Shown: in pieces, positions 18,604 to 27,553 of the stretch
Layout: each line of letters starts with the position of its first letter
Numbering within the stretch: position 1 is the first letter of the stretch
Assembly (NCBI GenBank): GCA_046760445.1
Contig: JBHIEE010000003.1
Location: forward strand, 1 to 59,273
Reading direction: 5' to 3'
Length of the DNA: 59,273 bases
Source of the DNA: Candidatus Aminicenantia bacterium
GTDB lineage: Bacteria; Acidobacteriota; Aminicenantia; JdFR-78
Made by a program: the position numbers and the translations under genes
Notes under the pieces: model-generated
Databases searched by the model: none
What the model saw: the letters and a program-made list of their open reading frames with translations, nothing else
What the model was told of the DNA's origin: nothing

Positions 18604-20115
18604 ATGGAAATGAGAAGAAAGCCCAAACTTAGCCGGGAACTGGGACTTTTAGCCTTAATTGCTACCGCTGTTTGTACTGTTATTGGTGGTGGAATTAATG
18701 TCCTTAGCGTAATGATTCAAAGAGATGTTCCGGGAATAGCCTATTTAGTTCCTTTGGCTTTTTTATTTGGAGTTATCCCCGCTCTTTTTGGGGCACTTAA
18801 TTATGCTATTCTCTCTTCAGCTATGCCTCGAGCTGGAGGAGGATATATGTATACTTCAAGAGCTTTAAATCCTTTTTTAGGTTTTATGGCTACTTTCTCC
18901 AAATGGTTTGGTTTATCTGCTGTAACGGGTGTTATTGCTTATATTGATATTCCTCTTTTAAGAGATGCAGCTCATCATGCTGGATTAATTGGAGTATCTA
19001 ATTTTCTCAACACTGATATTGCCAGAATTGGTATTCCTTTGCTAATGGTCTGGTTCTTCTGGTTCATTAATCTAATCGGAATCGAGGAATATGGATATAC
19101 AGTTATTATTCTGATGTTTCTAATGCTTACCGGAGGTGTAATTCTAATTTTAACCGGATTTCTAAATTCACACAGTGATTTTGTTCAAACAATGATTACT
19201 CGAGAAGGAAAAGATATTACTTCTATTATTTCTTTAGTTAAAACAAAAGTGGGAGGCTTGAAAGAAGCAATCACAGCTGCAGCAGTGCTATTCTTTGCTT
19301 ACACTGGTTTTGCTACTATTTCCCAAGCGGGTGGAGAAGCTAAAAATCCAAAACGTAATCTACCCTTAGCTTTTTTAATTTCTACCTTAATTATTACCAC
19401 TTATTATATGCTTTTCTCTGGGGCTCTCTATCATGCTGTTCCTTGGCAGTATATCTCTTATGAAGCCCAAACGGCTGATTTAACAGCTCCTGGTTTAGTC
19501 GGCGTGCTTTTGCCGGGCAGTTTGGCTGTTTTTATAGTCTTAATGGCAGCCATTGCCCTTCTTAATGATATTCCTCCTATGTTGATGGCAAGCTCAAGAC
19601 TTTTCTTTGCTTGGGCTGAGGATGGTATCTTCCCTAAAAAATTATCTAATGTTAACAAGCGTTTTCGTACTCCTCATTATGCCTTGACTATTGTCGCCGT
19701 TATTTCTTCTTTAGTAATTCTTGGTTGTCATTATGCTGGTGACTTTTTCTTAGGTATTGATATAACTGTCACCTCTTTAGTCTTTACCTATGTGTTAATT
19801 TCTGTTTCAGTTATCTCTTTTCCTTTTGTCAATAAAAAGCTCTATAATGAAATTGCCTTTATTAAGAATCGCTTTGCTCAGATTATCATTGCTGTTATTT
19901 CTATATTTACTTTATCTGTTTTGTTTTTCATTGTAATCTGGGGAGATGTTAAAAAATCTGTCTCTGCATGGTATTTTCACGCCACTTATATCTGGCTAAT
20001 TGTGATGGCTATTGGGGTTGTGATCTTTGTTATTCAGTGGAAGTTGCTGAAAAAGAAAGGAATTGACCCCAAAAAAGATATTTTTAGTAAACTCCCAGTA
20101 GAATATGAGGCTTAA
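18604..20115 (+). CDS. APC family amino acid permease
   Basis: VIGGGI, MPRAGGGY, FFAYTGF, EAKNPKRNLP, SRLFFAWAEDG. Confidence 0.92.
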   Translation: MEMRRKPKLSRELGLLALIATAVCTVIGGGINVLSVMIQRDVPGIAYLVPLAFLFGVIPALFGALNYAILSSAMPRAGGGYMYTSRALNPFLGFMATFSKWFGLSAVTGVIAYIDIPLLRDAAHHAGLIGVSNFLNTDIARIGIPLLMVWFFWFINLIGIEEYGYTVIILMFLMLTGGVILILTGFLNSHSDFVQTMITREGKDITSIISLVKTKVGGLKEAITAAAVLFFAYTGFATISQAGGEAKNPKRNLPLAFLISTLIITTYYMLFSGALYHAVPWQYISYEAQTADLTAPGLVGVLLPGSLAVFIVLMAAIALLNDIPPMLMASSRLFFAWAEDGIFPKKLSNVNKRFRTPHYALTIVAVISSLVILGCHYAGDFFLGIDITVTSLVFTYVLISVSVISFPFVNKKLYNEIAFIKNRFAQIIIAVISIFTLSVLFFIVIWGDVKKSVSAWYFHATYIWLIVMAIGVVIFVIQWKLLKKKGIDPKKDIFSKLPVEYEA

Positions 20116-20193
20116 ATTCATAAATCGAAAGTCACAGAGTTTCAATAATCTATATTAAGATATGCTTCATTCTGTTTGGCAAGATCCTAAATC

Positions 20194-20446
20194 CCTGCCT
20201 GCCCCGTAGAACGGGGCCTCCGGCATGGAAGCAAACATATAAAACTAAAAACTTAAAATTTACAAAAAAAATGGTCAAGGATACGAGGATTTAAGGGTTC
20301 AAGTGGTTATTTCTTCACTCGAGTCCTTGAATCCTAGTTTTGATTTTTCATTTTTAGCTTTTCCTTTTTAGTTTATTAAAACTTCCATGAAAGCCATTCT
20401 CACCATCAATTTACACAATATCATTTAAGATCATTTGAAAACCCTC
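20194..20446. mobile_element. Nested palindromic element: micro-palindrome, AT-rich arms, octamer core and conserved 65-bp unit
   Basis: 20382-20446 is 58/65 identical to revcomp 55525-55589 and 52/65 identical to 27371-27435. The core stem 20286-20305/20316-20335 pairs at 16/20. Confidence 0.75.
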
Positions 20447-20454
20447 TGTATTTT

Positions 20455-20483
20455 TTGACATAACAGGTATTTTGTTCTAATAT
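20455..20483 (+). promoter_or_regulatory. sigma70 promoter, near-leaderless
   Basis: TTGACA-17-TAATAT, 9 nt before ATG 20493, no SD. Confidence 0.55.
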
Positions 20484-20492
20484 TTCCTCTAA

Positions 20493-21437
20493 ATGGCAGT
20501 CAGAAGAAATCTTCTAACTTTTTTACTAAAATCTATAATCAGTTTTTCGATTATTGTTTATATCATAGTTTATAGAACATCTGTACCGGAAATCGTATCA
20601 ACCTTAAAACGAGTAAATATATATTGGCTGATAGTTTCATTTTCTCTTCATTCTATCGGTCTTCTGATAAGTGCTTATCGGTGGCAAATTTTAATGAACG
20701 CTCAGGAAATTAAAGTTCCTCTCATTTTTTTAACTAAATCTTATTTAGTTGGGACTTTTTTCAATCACTTCCTACCCACCAGATTCGGGGGAGATGTGGT
20801 TAGAATTTATGATGGTTCTCGTTATACTCATTCTATTAGCAAATCCTCGGCTGTGATTTTAGTTGAGCGTTTAACCGGCATTTTTGTTCTCTTATTGTTC
20901 GCTTTTACTGCTTCTTTATTTCGATTAGATATCGCTACCAGAGTTCCAGTAATCTGGCTTTCACTCGCCTTAGGCCTTTTGGGCTTAATTTTCATGTTCT
21001 TACTCTTTACTCCTCTTGTGGGTCAAGTAATTAACAGAATTAAAGCAAAAGGTGTTTTAGGAAAAATAATAGAAAAAATTATTTCTTTTAGAAATTCAGT
21101 TTTGATTTATCAACAAAAAAGGTCTCATTTTATAAGAGCTGTTTTTTGGGCATTCTTACTTCAAATAAATGTCATTGTCCACTATTATATTATTGGTTTA
21201 GCCTTAGGGATTAAAATTCCATTAATAGATTATTTCATTATTATCCCTGTGGTTTTAATGATTCTAATTATCCCAGTTACAATTAGTGGGTGGGGCTTAA
21301 GAGAAGGTGCTTATATAGAAATATTCAAGTTTTATTACATCACTTCTCAAGTAGCTGTTTCCTTTTCTTTAATTGATGTTGCCTTTAATTTAATAATTGG
21401 CCTTGTGGGAGGGGTAGTTTATTGGCTACGAAAATAA
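20493..21437 (+). CDS. UPF0104 / lysylphosphatidylglycerol synthase TM (flippase-like) protein
   Basis: AYRWQIL, FLPTRFGGDVVR, VERLTG, PVTISGWGLREG. Confidence 0.88.
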   Translation: MAVRRNLLTFLLKSIISFSIIVYIIVYRTSVPEIVSTLKRVNIYWLIVSFSLHSIGLLISAYRWQILMNAQEIKVPLIFLTKSYLVGTFFNHFLPTRFGGDVVRIYDGSRYTHSISKSSAVILVERLTGIFVLLLFAFTASLFRLDIATRVPVIWLSLALGLLGLIFMFLLFTPLVGQVINRIKAKGVLGKIIEKIISFRNSVLIYQQKRSHFIRAVFWAFLLQINVIVHYYIIGLALGIKIPLIDYFIIIPVVLMILIIPVTISGWGLREGAYIEIFKFYYITSQVAVSFSLIDVAFNLIIGLVGGVVYWLRK

Positions 21438-22585
21438 AAATATTTTTGATTACCTTTCTGTTTTTAGAAGTAGTTATCCCAGTGTTTTCTGACCAACAGA
21501 AAGAGATTGAAGAATATCAGAACCAGCTTTTTCAAATCAGCCAGCAAATTAATTTACTTAAAAGTAAGATAGAAGAAGAAAGCCAAAGAGAATCGACTCT
21601 TTTATCCCAATTACAGAATATTGGATTAAAAAAAGGATTGCTTCAAAAGGAAATAGCTTATTTCGATGTTAAGTTAAAAAAGTCCAAGCTTGAGCTGAGT
21701 AGAATCAAGGAGGAAATAAAAAAGATAAGATTGGATTTAGCTGAGAAAAAAGAACTTCTAAAAAATGTTTTAGTTACACTCTATAAACTTGGAAAATTTA
21801 GTTATTTGCAGGTGATTCTTTCGGCTAAAAATGTTAGTAGTCTCATCTCAGGAAGTAAATATATTTCAATTTTGATTCAGCTTCAATCCAAAACAATTAA
21901 TGATTATAAATTGGCTTTAGAAAAATTGAATCTTGCAGAGCAAGAGTTGAAAAAGAAAAATGAAGAGATAATATCATTAAAGAAGAAGGCAGAAAACAAA
22001 AGAAAAGAATTAATTCAACAGGAAAGACAAAAAAGAATTTTAATTGCCAATATTCAGAAAGATAAAGATAGTTATCTCAAGACCTTAGAAGAATTGACTA
22101 AACAGGCTGACCAGCTTAAAGAGTTAGTTAGAGAATTAACCAAACAAAAAGAAGTTTTTCCATTTCTTTTTTCTCCCATTTATGAAAAAAGAGGAGTTCT
22201 TAACTGGCCAATTGTAGGAAGAATAATTACATTTTTTGGACTCCAGCAACATCCGATATTTAAAACAGTTACTTTAAATAATGGCATAGAAGTTTCTCCA
22301 AATAAGCCTCAAGCACTGATTAGAGCCATTTATTATGGGAAAGTAGTTTATGCTGATTATTTTAAAGGATATGGGAATTTAATTATTATTGATCATGGGT
22401 TAAAGTATTATTCTCTATACGGATATTGTGCCGATTTTTTAATAAACAAAGGAGATTTTGTTAAAGAAGGACAGCCTATAGCTGTTGTTGGTGATATAGG
22501 CTCCTTGAAGGGAGAATGTCTTTATTTTGAGCTCAGGTACAAGACTCAACCCTTAAATCCCTTGCAATGGCTAAGAAAAAGGTGA
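21422..22585 (+). CDS. envC: Murein hydrolase activator EnvC-like (coiled coil plus degenerate M23)
   Basis: Long coiled coil, WP..G, NNGIE, GYGNLIIIDHG, LYFELR. The zinc ligands are absent, as expected for EnvC. Confidence 0.85.
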   Translation: MATKIKIFLITFLFLEVVIPVFSDQQKEIEEYQNQLFQISQQINLLKSKIEEESQRESTLLSQLQNIGLKKGLLQKEIAYFDVKLKKSKLELSRIKEEIKKIRLDLAEKKELLKNVLVTLYKLGKFSYLQVILSAKNVSSLISGSKYISILIQLQSKTINDYKLALEKLNLAEQELKKKNEEIISLKKKAENKRKELIQQERQKRILIANIQKDKDSYLKTLEELTKQADQLKELVRELTKQKEVFPFLFSPIYEKRGVLNWPIVGRIITFFGLQQHPIFKTVTLNNGIEVSPNKPQALIRAIYYGKVVYADYFKGYGNLIIIDHGLKYYSLYGYCADFLINKGDFVKEGQPIAVVGDIGSLKGECLYFELRYKTQPLNPLQWLRKR

Positions 22586-22627
22586 TAAGATAATAAAATA
22601 ATTTTTTATCAGATGTAATAAAGAAAA

Positions 22628-23758
22628 ATGAAGAAAAAAACAAAATCAATTATCTTTGTTAGCTTTTTCGCCTTATTATTAGGTGTTCTGGTTAGTCAAT
22701 TTTTACCCAATATTTTATTAAAGGCTTCTTCTTATTCGAATCTTTCACTGATAGGGAAAGTAATCCACTATGTCAAGAACGAATATATTGAACCGGTAAG
22801 ACCTGAGCAAACAATTCTTAACGCAATCAGAGGAATGTTGAATTTTCTCGATCCAATATCTAGTTACTTAGATAAAGATAAATTGGCTATCTATCAAAAA
22901 TTAGAGACTTCAGAGTTAGCTGATGTTGGTTTAGTGTTAACTAAAAGATTTGGCTATCCTCAGATTATTGGAATTATAAAAGATTCTCCAGCTGAAAACG
23001 CTCCTCTCAAGATCGGGGACTATATTAGTTCAATTGACAATGTTTCTACTTATGAAATGAGCTTATGGGAAGCGAGGCTTTCTCTTAAGGGGCAAGCGGG
23101 AACAAAAGTCAGAGTTAAAATTATGGGTAATACCTCTATTAAGGAAGTATTAATAGAAAGAATTAAACTTTTCATGAACTCTTTCACTTATCAGAGAACA
23201 GGTAAGTATGGTCTTTTGAAAATTCACTATTTATACCCGGGTGAATTAGTAAAAATTAGGCAACTAATTACTCAAGCTCTAAGCCAAAATATAAAAGGAT
23301 TAATTATTGATTTAAGAAACTGTTATGAAGGGAAAATAGAAGCGGGATTAAAGTTGGCTAATTTATTTGTTAAAGAAGGAAAGTTTTGTTTTATAAAAAA
23401 GAAATCGGGAGAAACTCAAAGTTTTTATGGTCAAAAGGAGCAATTTTTGACAGACATTCCACTGGTATTGTTTGCCAATCAAGGGACAATGTCTGGCGCA
23501 GAAATTTTTTCTGCTATTTTAAAAAAATTTGGTCGAGCAAAAATAATTGGACAGCCAACTCTTGGGTTAACCTCTCAACAAAATCTATTTTTAATGGAAG
23601 ATGATTCAGCTGTTTTATTGACTACTGGTTTGATTTATTTAGAACCAGGAGAACCTATTTGGGGAAAAGGAGTAAAACCTGATATTGATATTAAAGAAGA
23701 AAAAGAGATAAAAGATCCCTTTTTAAAGAAAGCATTAGCGATAATTTCCTTCCGTTAA
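22628..23758 (+). CDS. S41/CtpA-like PDZ protease homolog, possibly inactive
   Basis: LDPISSY, PDZ, IIDLRN, TMSGAE, GVKPD. Has TLGLT where TxGKG is expected. Confidence 0.85.
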   Translation: MKKKTKSIIFVSFFALLLGVLVSQFLPNILLKASSYSNLSLIGKVIHYVKNEYIEPVRPEQTILNAIRGMLNFLDPISSYLDKDKLAIYQKLETSELADVGLVLTKRFGYPQIIGIIKDSPAENAPLKIGDYISSIDNVSTYEMSLWEARLSLKGQAGTKVRVKIMGNTSIKEVLIERIKLFMNSFTYQRTGKYGLLKIHYLYPGELVKIRQLITQALSQNIKGLIIDLRNCYEGKIEAGLKLANLFVKEGKFCFIKKKSGETQSFYGQKEQFLTDIPLVLFANQGTMSGAEIFSAILKKFGRAKIIGQPTLGLTSQQNLFLMEDDSAVLLTTGLIYLEPGEPIWGKGVKPDIDIKEEKEIKDPFLKKALAIISFR

Positions 23759-23762
23759 TTTG

Positions 23763-24929
23763 ATGACCAAAAGAAAGGTCAGGCAGAAGAAGATAAAGTT
23801 TTTCACACCTTATTTCTTCTATTTTTTATTCGTTCTAATAGCCTTTCTTTCAGTTTTATCTCTGGACTATATTGCCTGGGAGCAAGGTAAAAAGTCATAT
23901 TTATTTTCTTATTTTTTAAAAGATAAGAAATTTACTAAAGAACAAGAGAAATTGAATCAAATACTTCAAGTCTTTTTTAACCAGCATAATATTTCCTCTT
24001 CTTCGATTTCAATAATTAAAGATAACCAGGGAGTATTTCACTTTAAAATGAATCTTACTATAGAAAAATTCAATCTAATTAAAGAAGATTTAGAAAAGGA
24101 ACTGGCTAAAAGAAGAGCCGTGATTTTTGAGGAAAAAAGGGAAAAAAGAGGGGAGGTTTTTTTTAATTTATGGAAGATAAGAATTGGACAGAGACCAAGC
24201 CACATCTTACTTTTCTTGAGTCAAATTTCTCCATTAAAAGCAAGGTCAAAGGTAACACTCATTATTGACGATATTGGACATAGTTTAGAAATAGTTGATC
24301 AGATAATATCTTTGAATGTACCTTTGACTATTTCTATTATTCCTTTTCTGTCTTATTCTCAACAGGCTGCTCGGATAGCTCATCTAAATGATATAGAAAT
24401 AATGCTTCATCTACCATTAGAGCCAATGAATCCCTATAACTTTAGTTCTGAGAAGGAGTTGATTACTACTCAAATGACTCCTGAAGAAATAGAAAATACC
24501 CTATCTGAATGTATAAGAAATATTCCTTACCTTCAAGGAGTGAATAATCATATGGGTTCTAAGGTAACTAAGGAACCTGAGATTATGAAAATTATTTTAA
24601 CTTCCTTAAAAAGAAAGAATTTCTTTTTTATCGATAGCCGAACGACTGATCAGACAATTGGCTATCTATTAGCTAAACAGCTTGGAGTGCTGACTGCTGC
24701 CCGTGATATTTTCTTGGATAAAGCAGAGAATCAGAATCAATTCTCTGAAGGAGATACTGAATATACTAAGGAAAAATTTATCCAATTATTAGAGCTGGCT
24801 CAGAAAGAAGGAAAGGCAGTTGGCATTGCACATCCCTATCCTCAGACTATTCAGGCTATAAAGGAGAGTTTACCGTTAATTAAAAAATATAATGTGGAAC
24901 TGGTTTATGCTTCAAAAATCGTTAATTAG
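23763..24929 (+). CDS. Divergent polysaccharide deacetylase (YibQ family)
   Basis: IIDDIG, MLHLPLEP, NNHMGS, FIDSRT, RDIFLD, IAHP. Confidence 0.9.
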   Translation: MTKRKVRQKKIKFFTPYFFYFLFVLIAFLSVLSLDYIAWEQGKKSYLFSYFLKDKKFTKEQEKLNQILQVFFNQHNISSSSISIIKDNQGVFHFKMNLTIEKFNLIKEDLEKELAKRRAVIFEEKREKRGEVFFNLWKIRIGQRPSHILLFLSQISPLKARSKVTLIIDDIGHSLEIVDQIISLNVPLTISIIPFLSYSQQAARIAHLNDIEIMLHLPLEPMNPYNFSSEKELITTQMTPEEIENTLSECIRNIPYLQGVNNHMGSKVTKEPEIMKIILTSLKRKNFFFIDSRTTDQTIGYLLAKQLGVLTAARDIFLDKAENQNQFSEGDTEYTKEKFIQLLELAQKEGKAVGIAHPYPQTIQAIKESLPLIKKYNVELVYASKIVN

Positions 24930-24991
24930 TTTATTAGTTAATTCGGAAATCTTATAACCTTCGATTTTTCTCTCACAAATTTACAAATAAA

Positions 24992-25903
24992 CTAATGTAA
25001 AGTAAATTTATCAATCAACCAAAAACAGAAAAGATAAAATAAAATAAGGAAAATAAACACTGTCCATTTTAAAAGATTATACTTTTCAACCTTTTTTTTG
25101 ACAAGAAGAATAAATTGGTAAATGGAAAAAACCCCAAGGGAAAAGGGAAGAAATCCAAAATAACCTAAAACAGGCATTTCGAAAATTTTTAAAAAATTGA
25201 AATAGGGAATTGAATACCGCCATCTTGATAAACTCCAATAATTCCAAAATTCCCAAAGTAATCCAGCAATAAATCCAGTGAGAAGCCAACTTATAATTCT
25301 TCCCCAGTAACCTTCTTTTAAATCTTTTAATATACCTTTAATTTTTAAAATGTAATTGATAGGAGGTATTAAAAGCATAAAACATAACCAGACTAGAGGA
25401 AAAAAGAATCGAGGGAAAGAAAGAAAAAGAGGAACCGAAATTAATCCTGCGCCTATACTTGTTGAGAGAAATACCTTGGTTATCGGGATTGAAAATTTTG
25501 TTTTTTTTCTTTCAAAAAAGCTTTCAATGAATGAAGCAGTTTCCCAAAGAGCAGGAATAACAGTAGCAAAGCCAAGAAAATAACCCAGCCATCTTTTAAA
25601 AATATTCTCGGGTAAATGATGGTAAGACCAGCTATCAACTCTTAGATTGAATAATTCAAATATTAGCCAGGTAAAAACAGAGATAAAAGCCATAAAAAGA
25701 AAATTTTTTCCTGAAGAAAAAAGGAGTGAATTCTTGGTTCGTCTGAAATTTAGGCTATCAACAACTAAAATATAAGACCACCAGGCTACACAAAAAAACC
25801 ATTCTTGGATAAAAGATATTTTTAGAAAAAGTAATATTTCCGAACTAATCAGAATTATTAGTCCTAAATATAGATTGAGATAAATGATTTTTTCTCTCTT
25901 CAT
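24992..25903 (-). CDS. Conserved hypothetical multi-pass membrane protein
   Basis: Hydrophobic, with duplicated W..FE.FN / WEFWN motifs and FEMPVLGYFGF. Confidence 0.8.
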   Translation of the reverse strand: MKREKIIYLNLYLGLIILISSEILLFLKISFIQEWFFCVAWWSYILVVDSLNFRRTKNSLLFSSGKNFLFMAFISVFTWLIFELFNLRVDSWSYHHLPENIFKRWLGYFLGFATVIPALWETASFIESFFERKKTKFSIPITKVFLSTSIGAGLISVPLFLSFPRFFFPLVWLCFMLLIPPINYILKIKGILKDLKEGYWGRIISWLLTGFIAGLLWEFWNYWSLSRWRYSIPYFNFLKIFEMPVLGYFGFLPFSLGVFSIYQFILLVKKKVEKYNLLKWTVFIFLILFYLFCFWLIDKFTLH

Positions 25904-26047
25904 TTAGATAAGAAATATATAAAAATAAAACTTATAAAGCAAGATTCCTTTAAAACTAAAAATTGGTAAATTTGAATAATTTATTTTTTTTGTTTATACT
26001 TATATAATGCAAACAAAAATTTATTAGGTGTTTGAAAGGAGACTGAG

Positions 26048-26587
26048 ATGAGAAAAATATTACCCATTCTAATCTTGATAGTTGCTGCTCTCTTAGTAAC
26101 TATGCAAGTGGGATGTAAAAAAAATACTCCTGAAGAACTAAAATCATGGCTCGAAATTACTGATGTGGAAACTAAATGGGTTTCTAAGTATTATCAACCT
26201 TGGCCTCCTAAATTAATATTAGTGCCAGCAATCCAATTCAGGGTAAAAAATGTTTCTTCAAGACCCCTTAGATACATCTATTTCAATGCCATCTTTAGAT
26301 TTAAAGATGATCGGGAAAACTTAGGTGATGCCTTTTTAGCCGCAATTAGAAATAAACCTGTCATGCCTGGAGAGAAAAGTGAATCTATTCTGCTTAAAAG
26401 CAATTTCGGTGTTGAAGGAAGTACAAAAGCTCAATTCATCAATAACCCTCAATGGAAGATTGCAGAAGTAAGACTTTTTTTCAAAAAGGGCTCCTCAGGC
26501 TATGTTTTCCTTGGTGAATATGATATTAGCCGGAAAATTGATTTCGAGGAACCAGAGCCAGTAGGCATAGAAAAGAAACAGACTTAA
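26048..26587 (+). CDS. Hypothetical lipoprotein
   Basis: Lipobox-like QVGC after a hydrophobic stretch; AGGAG RBS. Confidence 0.75.
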   Translation: MRKILPILILIVAALLVTMQVGCKKNTPEELKSWLEITDVETKWVSKYYQPWPPKLILVPAIQFRVKNVSSRPLRYIYFNAIFRFKDDRENLGDAFLAAIRNKPVMPGEKSESILLKSNFGVEGSTKAQFINNPQWKIAEVRLFFKKGSSGYVFLGEYDISRKIDFEEPEPVGIEKKQT

Positions 26588-27159
26588 TCTATAAAATTTA
26601 TCCCTAATTTTTGAGTCAATTGGTAAAAAAGATTAAGAGGGAACCCAACTACATTAAAGTAACAACCTTCTATTTTTTCGATAAACATCCCTGCTTTGCC
26701 TTGAATTCCATAGGCGCCCGCTTTGTCTAATGGCTCCAGACTTTTTATATACCAGTCAATTATCTTAGGCGAAAGAGTGGAGAAGTAAACTTTGCTCTTG
26801 GCGTAGCCAGTTGCCAGTTTTTGCGTTTTAATCTGAATAAGAGCAATACCAGTAAAAACGAAATGTGCTTTTCCACTTAACATCATTAAAATTTCTTTAG
26901 CCCGGTTTTCATTCTCTGGCTTTCCCAAAAATTGATTATTAAGGACGACTATCGTATCAGCTCCAATCACTACTCCTGAAGAGAAATTTTGAGCAGCTTT
27001 TTTGGCTTTTAATAGAGATACTCGAAGGACATAGCTTTCCGGTTTTTCATTTTTTGATCTTTGCTCTTGTATTTGGGCTGGTTGAACAATAAAATCCAAT
27101 CCCAATCGTGACAAGAGTTCAATTCTTCGTGGAGACTGAGAAGCTAAAATCCATTTCAT
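26584..27159 (-). CDS. maf: Maf family nucleotide pyrophosphatase (YhdE-like)
   Basis: ILASQSPRR, GADTIV, GKP, DKAGAYGIQ, NVVG. Confidence 0.95.
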   Translation of the reverse strand: MKWILASQSPRRIELLSRLGLDFIVQPAQIQEQRSKNEKPESYVLRVSLLKAKKAAQNFSSGVVIGADTIVVLNNQFLGKPENENRAKEILMMLSGKAHFVFTGIALIQIKTQKLATGYAKSKVYFSTLSPKIIDWYIKSLEPLDKAGAYGIQGKAGMFIEKIEGCYFNVVGFPLNLFYQLTQKLGINFID

Positions 27160-27160
27160 T

Positions 27161-27435
27161 TTTCACCTCCACATAAAAATTAAAAATCAAATATCAAAAG
27201 TTGGTACACCACTTGGGGTATACCACTGTGGCAAAATGACAAATTAAAACTCAAAAATAATACTAATAGTGCTGCGGTGCTGCTGTGTTGCCGTCAAAAA
27301 AATTAACTGCAGCACTGCAACACTGCAGAACTAATGTAAAAGACATTTTTGCATTTTGATTTATCCCAGACTTCCGTAAAAACCATTTTCCACACTAATC
27401 TACATAATATCATTTAAAGTCATTTGAAAACCCTT
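27161..27435 (-). mobile_element. Nested palindromic element: GGAGGTGA end, heptamer arms, GTGCTGCN octamer core and 65-bp unit
   Basis: Both ends align with revcomp 55525-55772. The core 27268-27332 matches 55651-55716. Confidence 0.8.
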
Positions 27436-27497
27436 ATCGGAAACTTATTAAATGAGATAAAAATTTATCATAATTTATGTTTATTTTAAATCTATAG

Positions 27498-27526
27498 TTG
27501 CTCTTTTTCTTAAATTTTGATATTAT
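27498..27526 (+). promoter_or_regulatory. sigma70 promoter for pdaD
   Basis: TTGCTC-17-TATTAT with extended TG. Confidence 0.55.
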
Positions 27527-27553
27527 TCCATCCTTTCCCAGGAGGAAAACAAA

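Noticed and set aside
21422-22585. Missing zinc ligands in the M23 domain as a novelty
   Set aside because: Expected for EnvC-type activators.
27268-27332. Octamer/heptamer repeats as a CRISPR array
   Set aside because: They are short tandem units in inverted arms with no unique spacers, and no cas genes are present.
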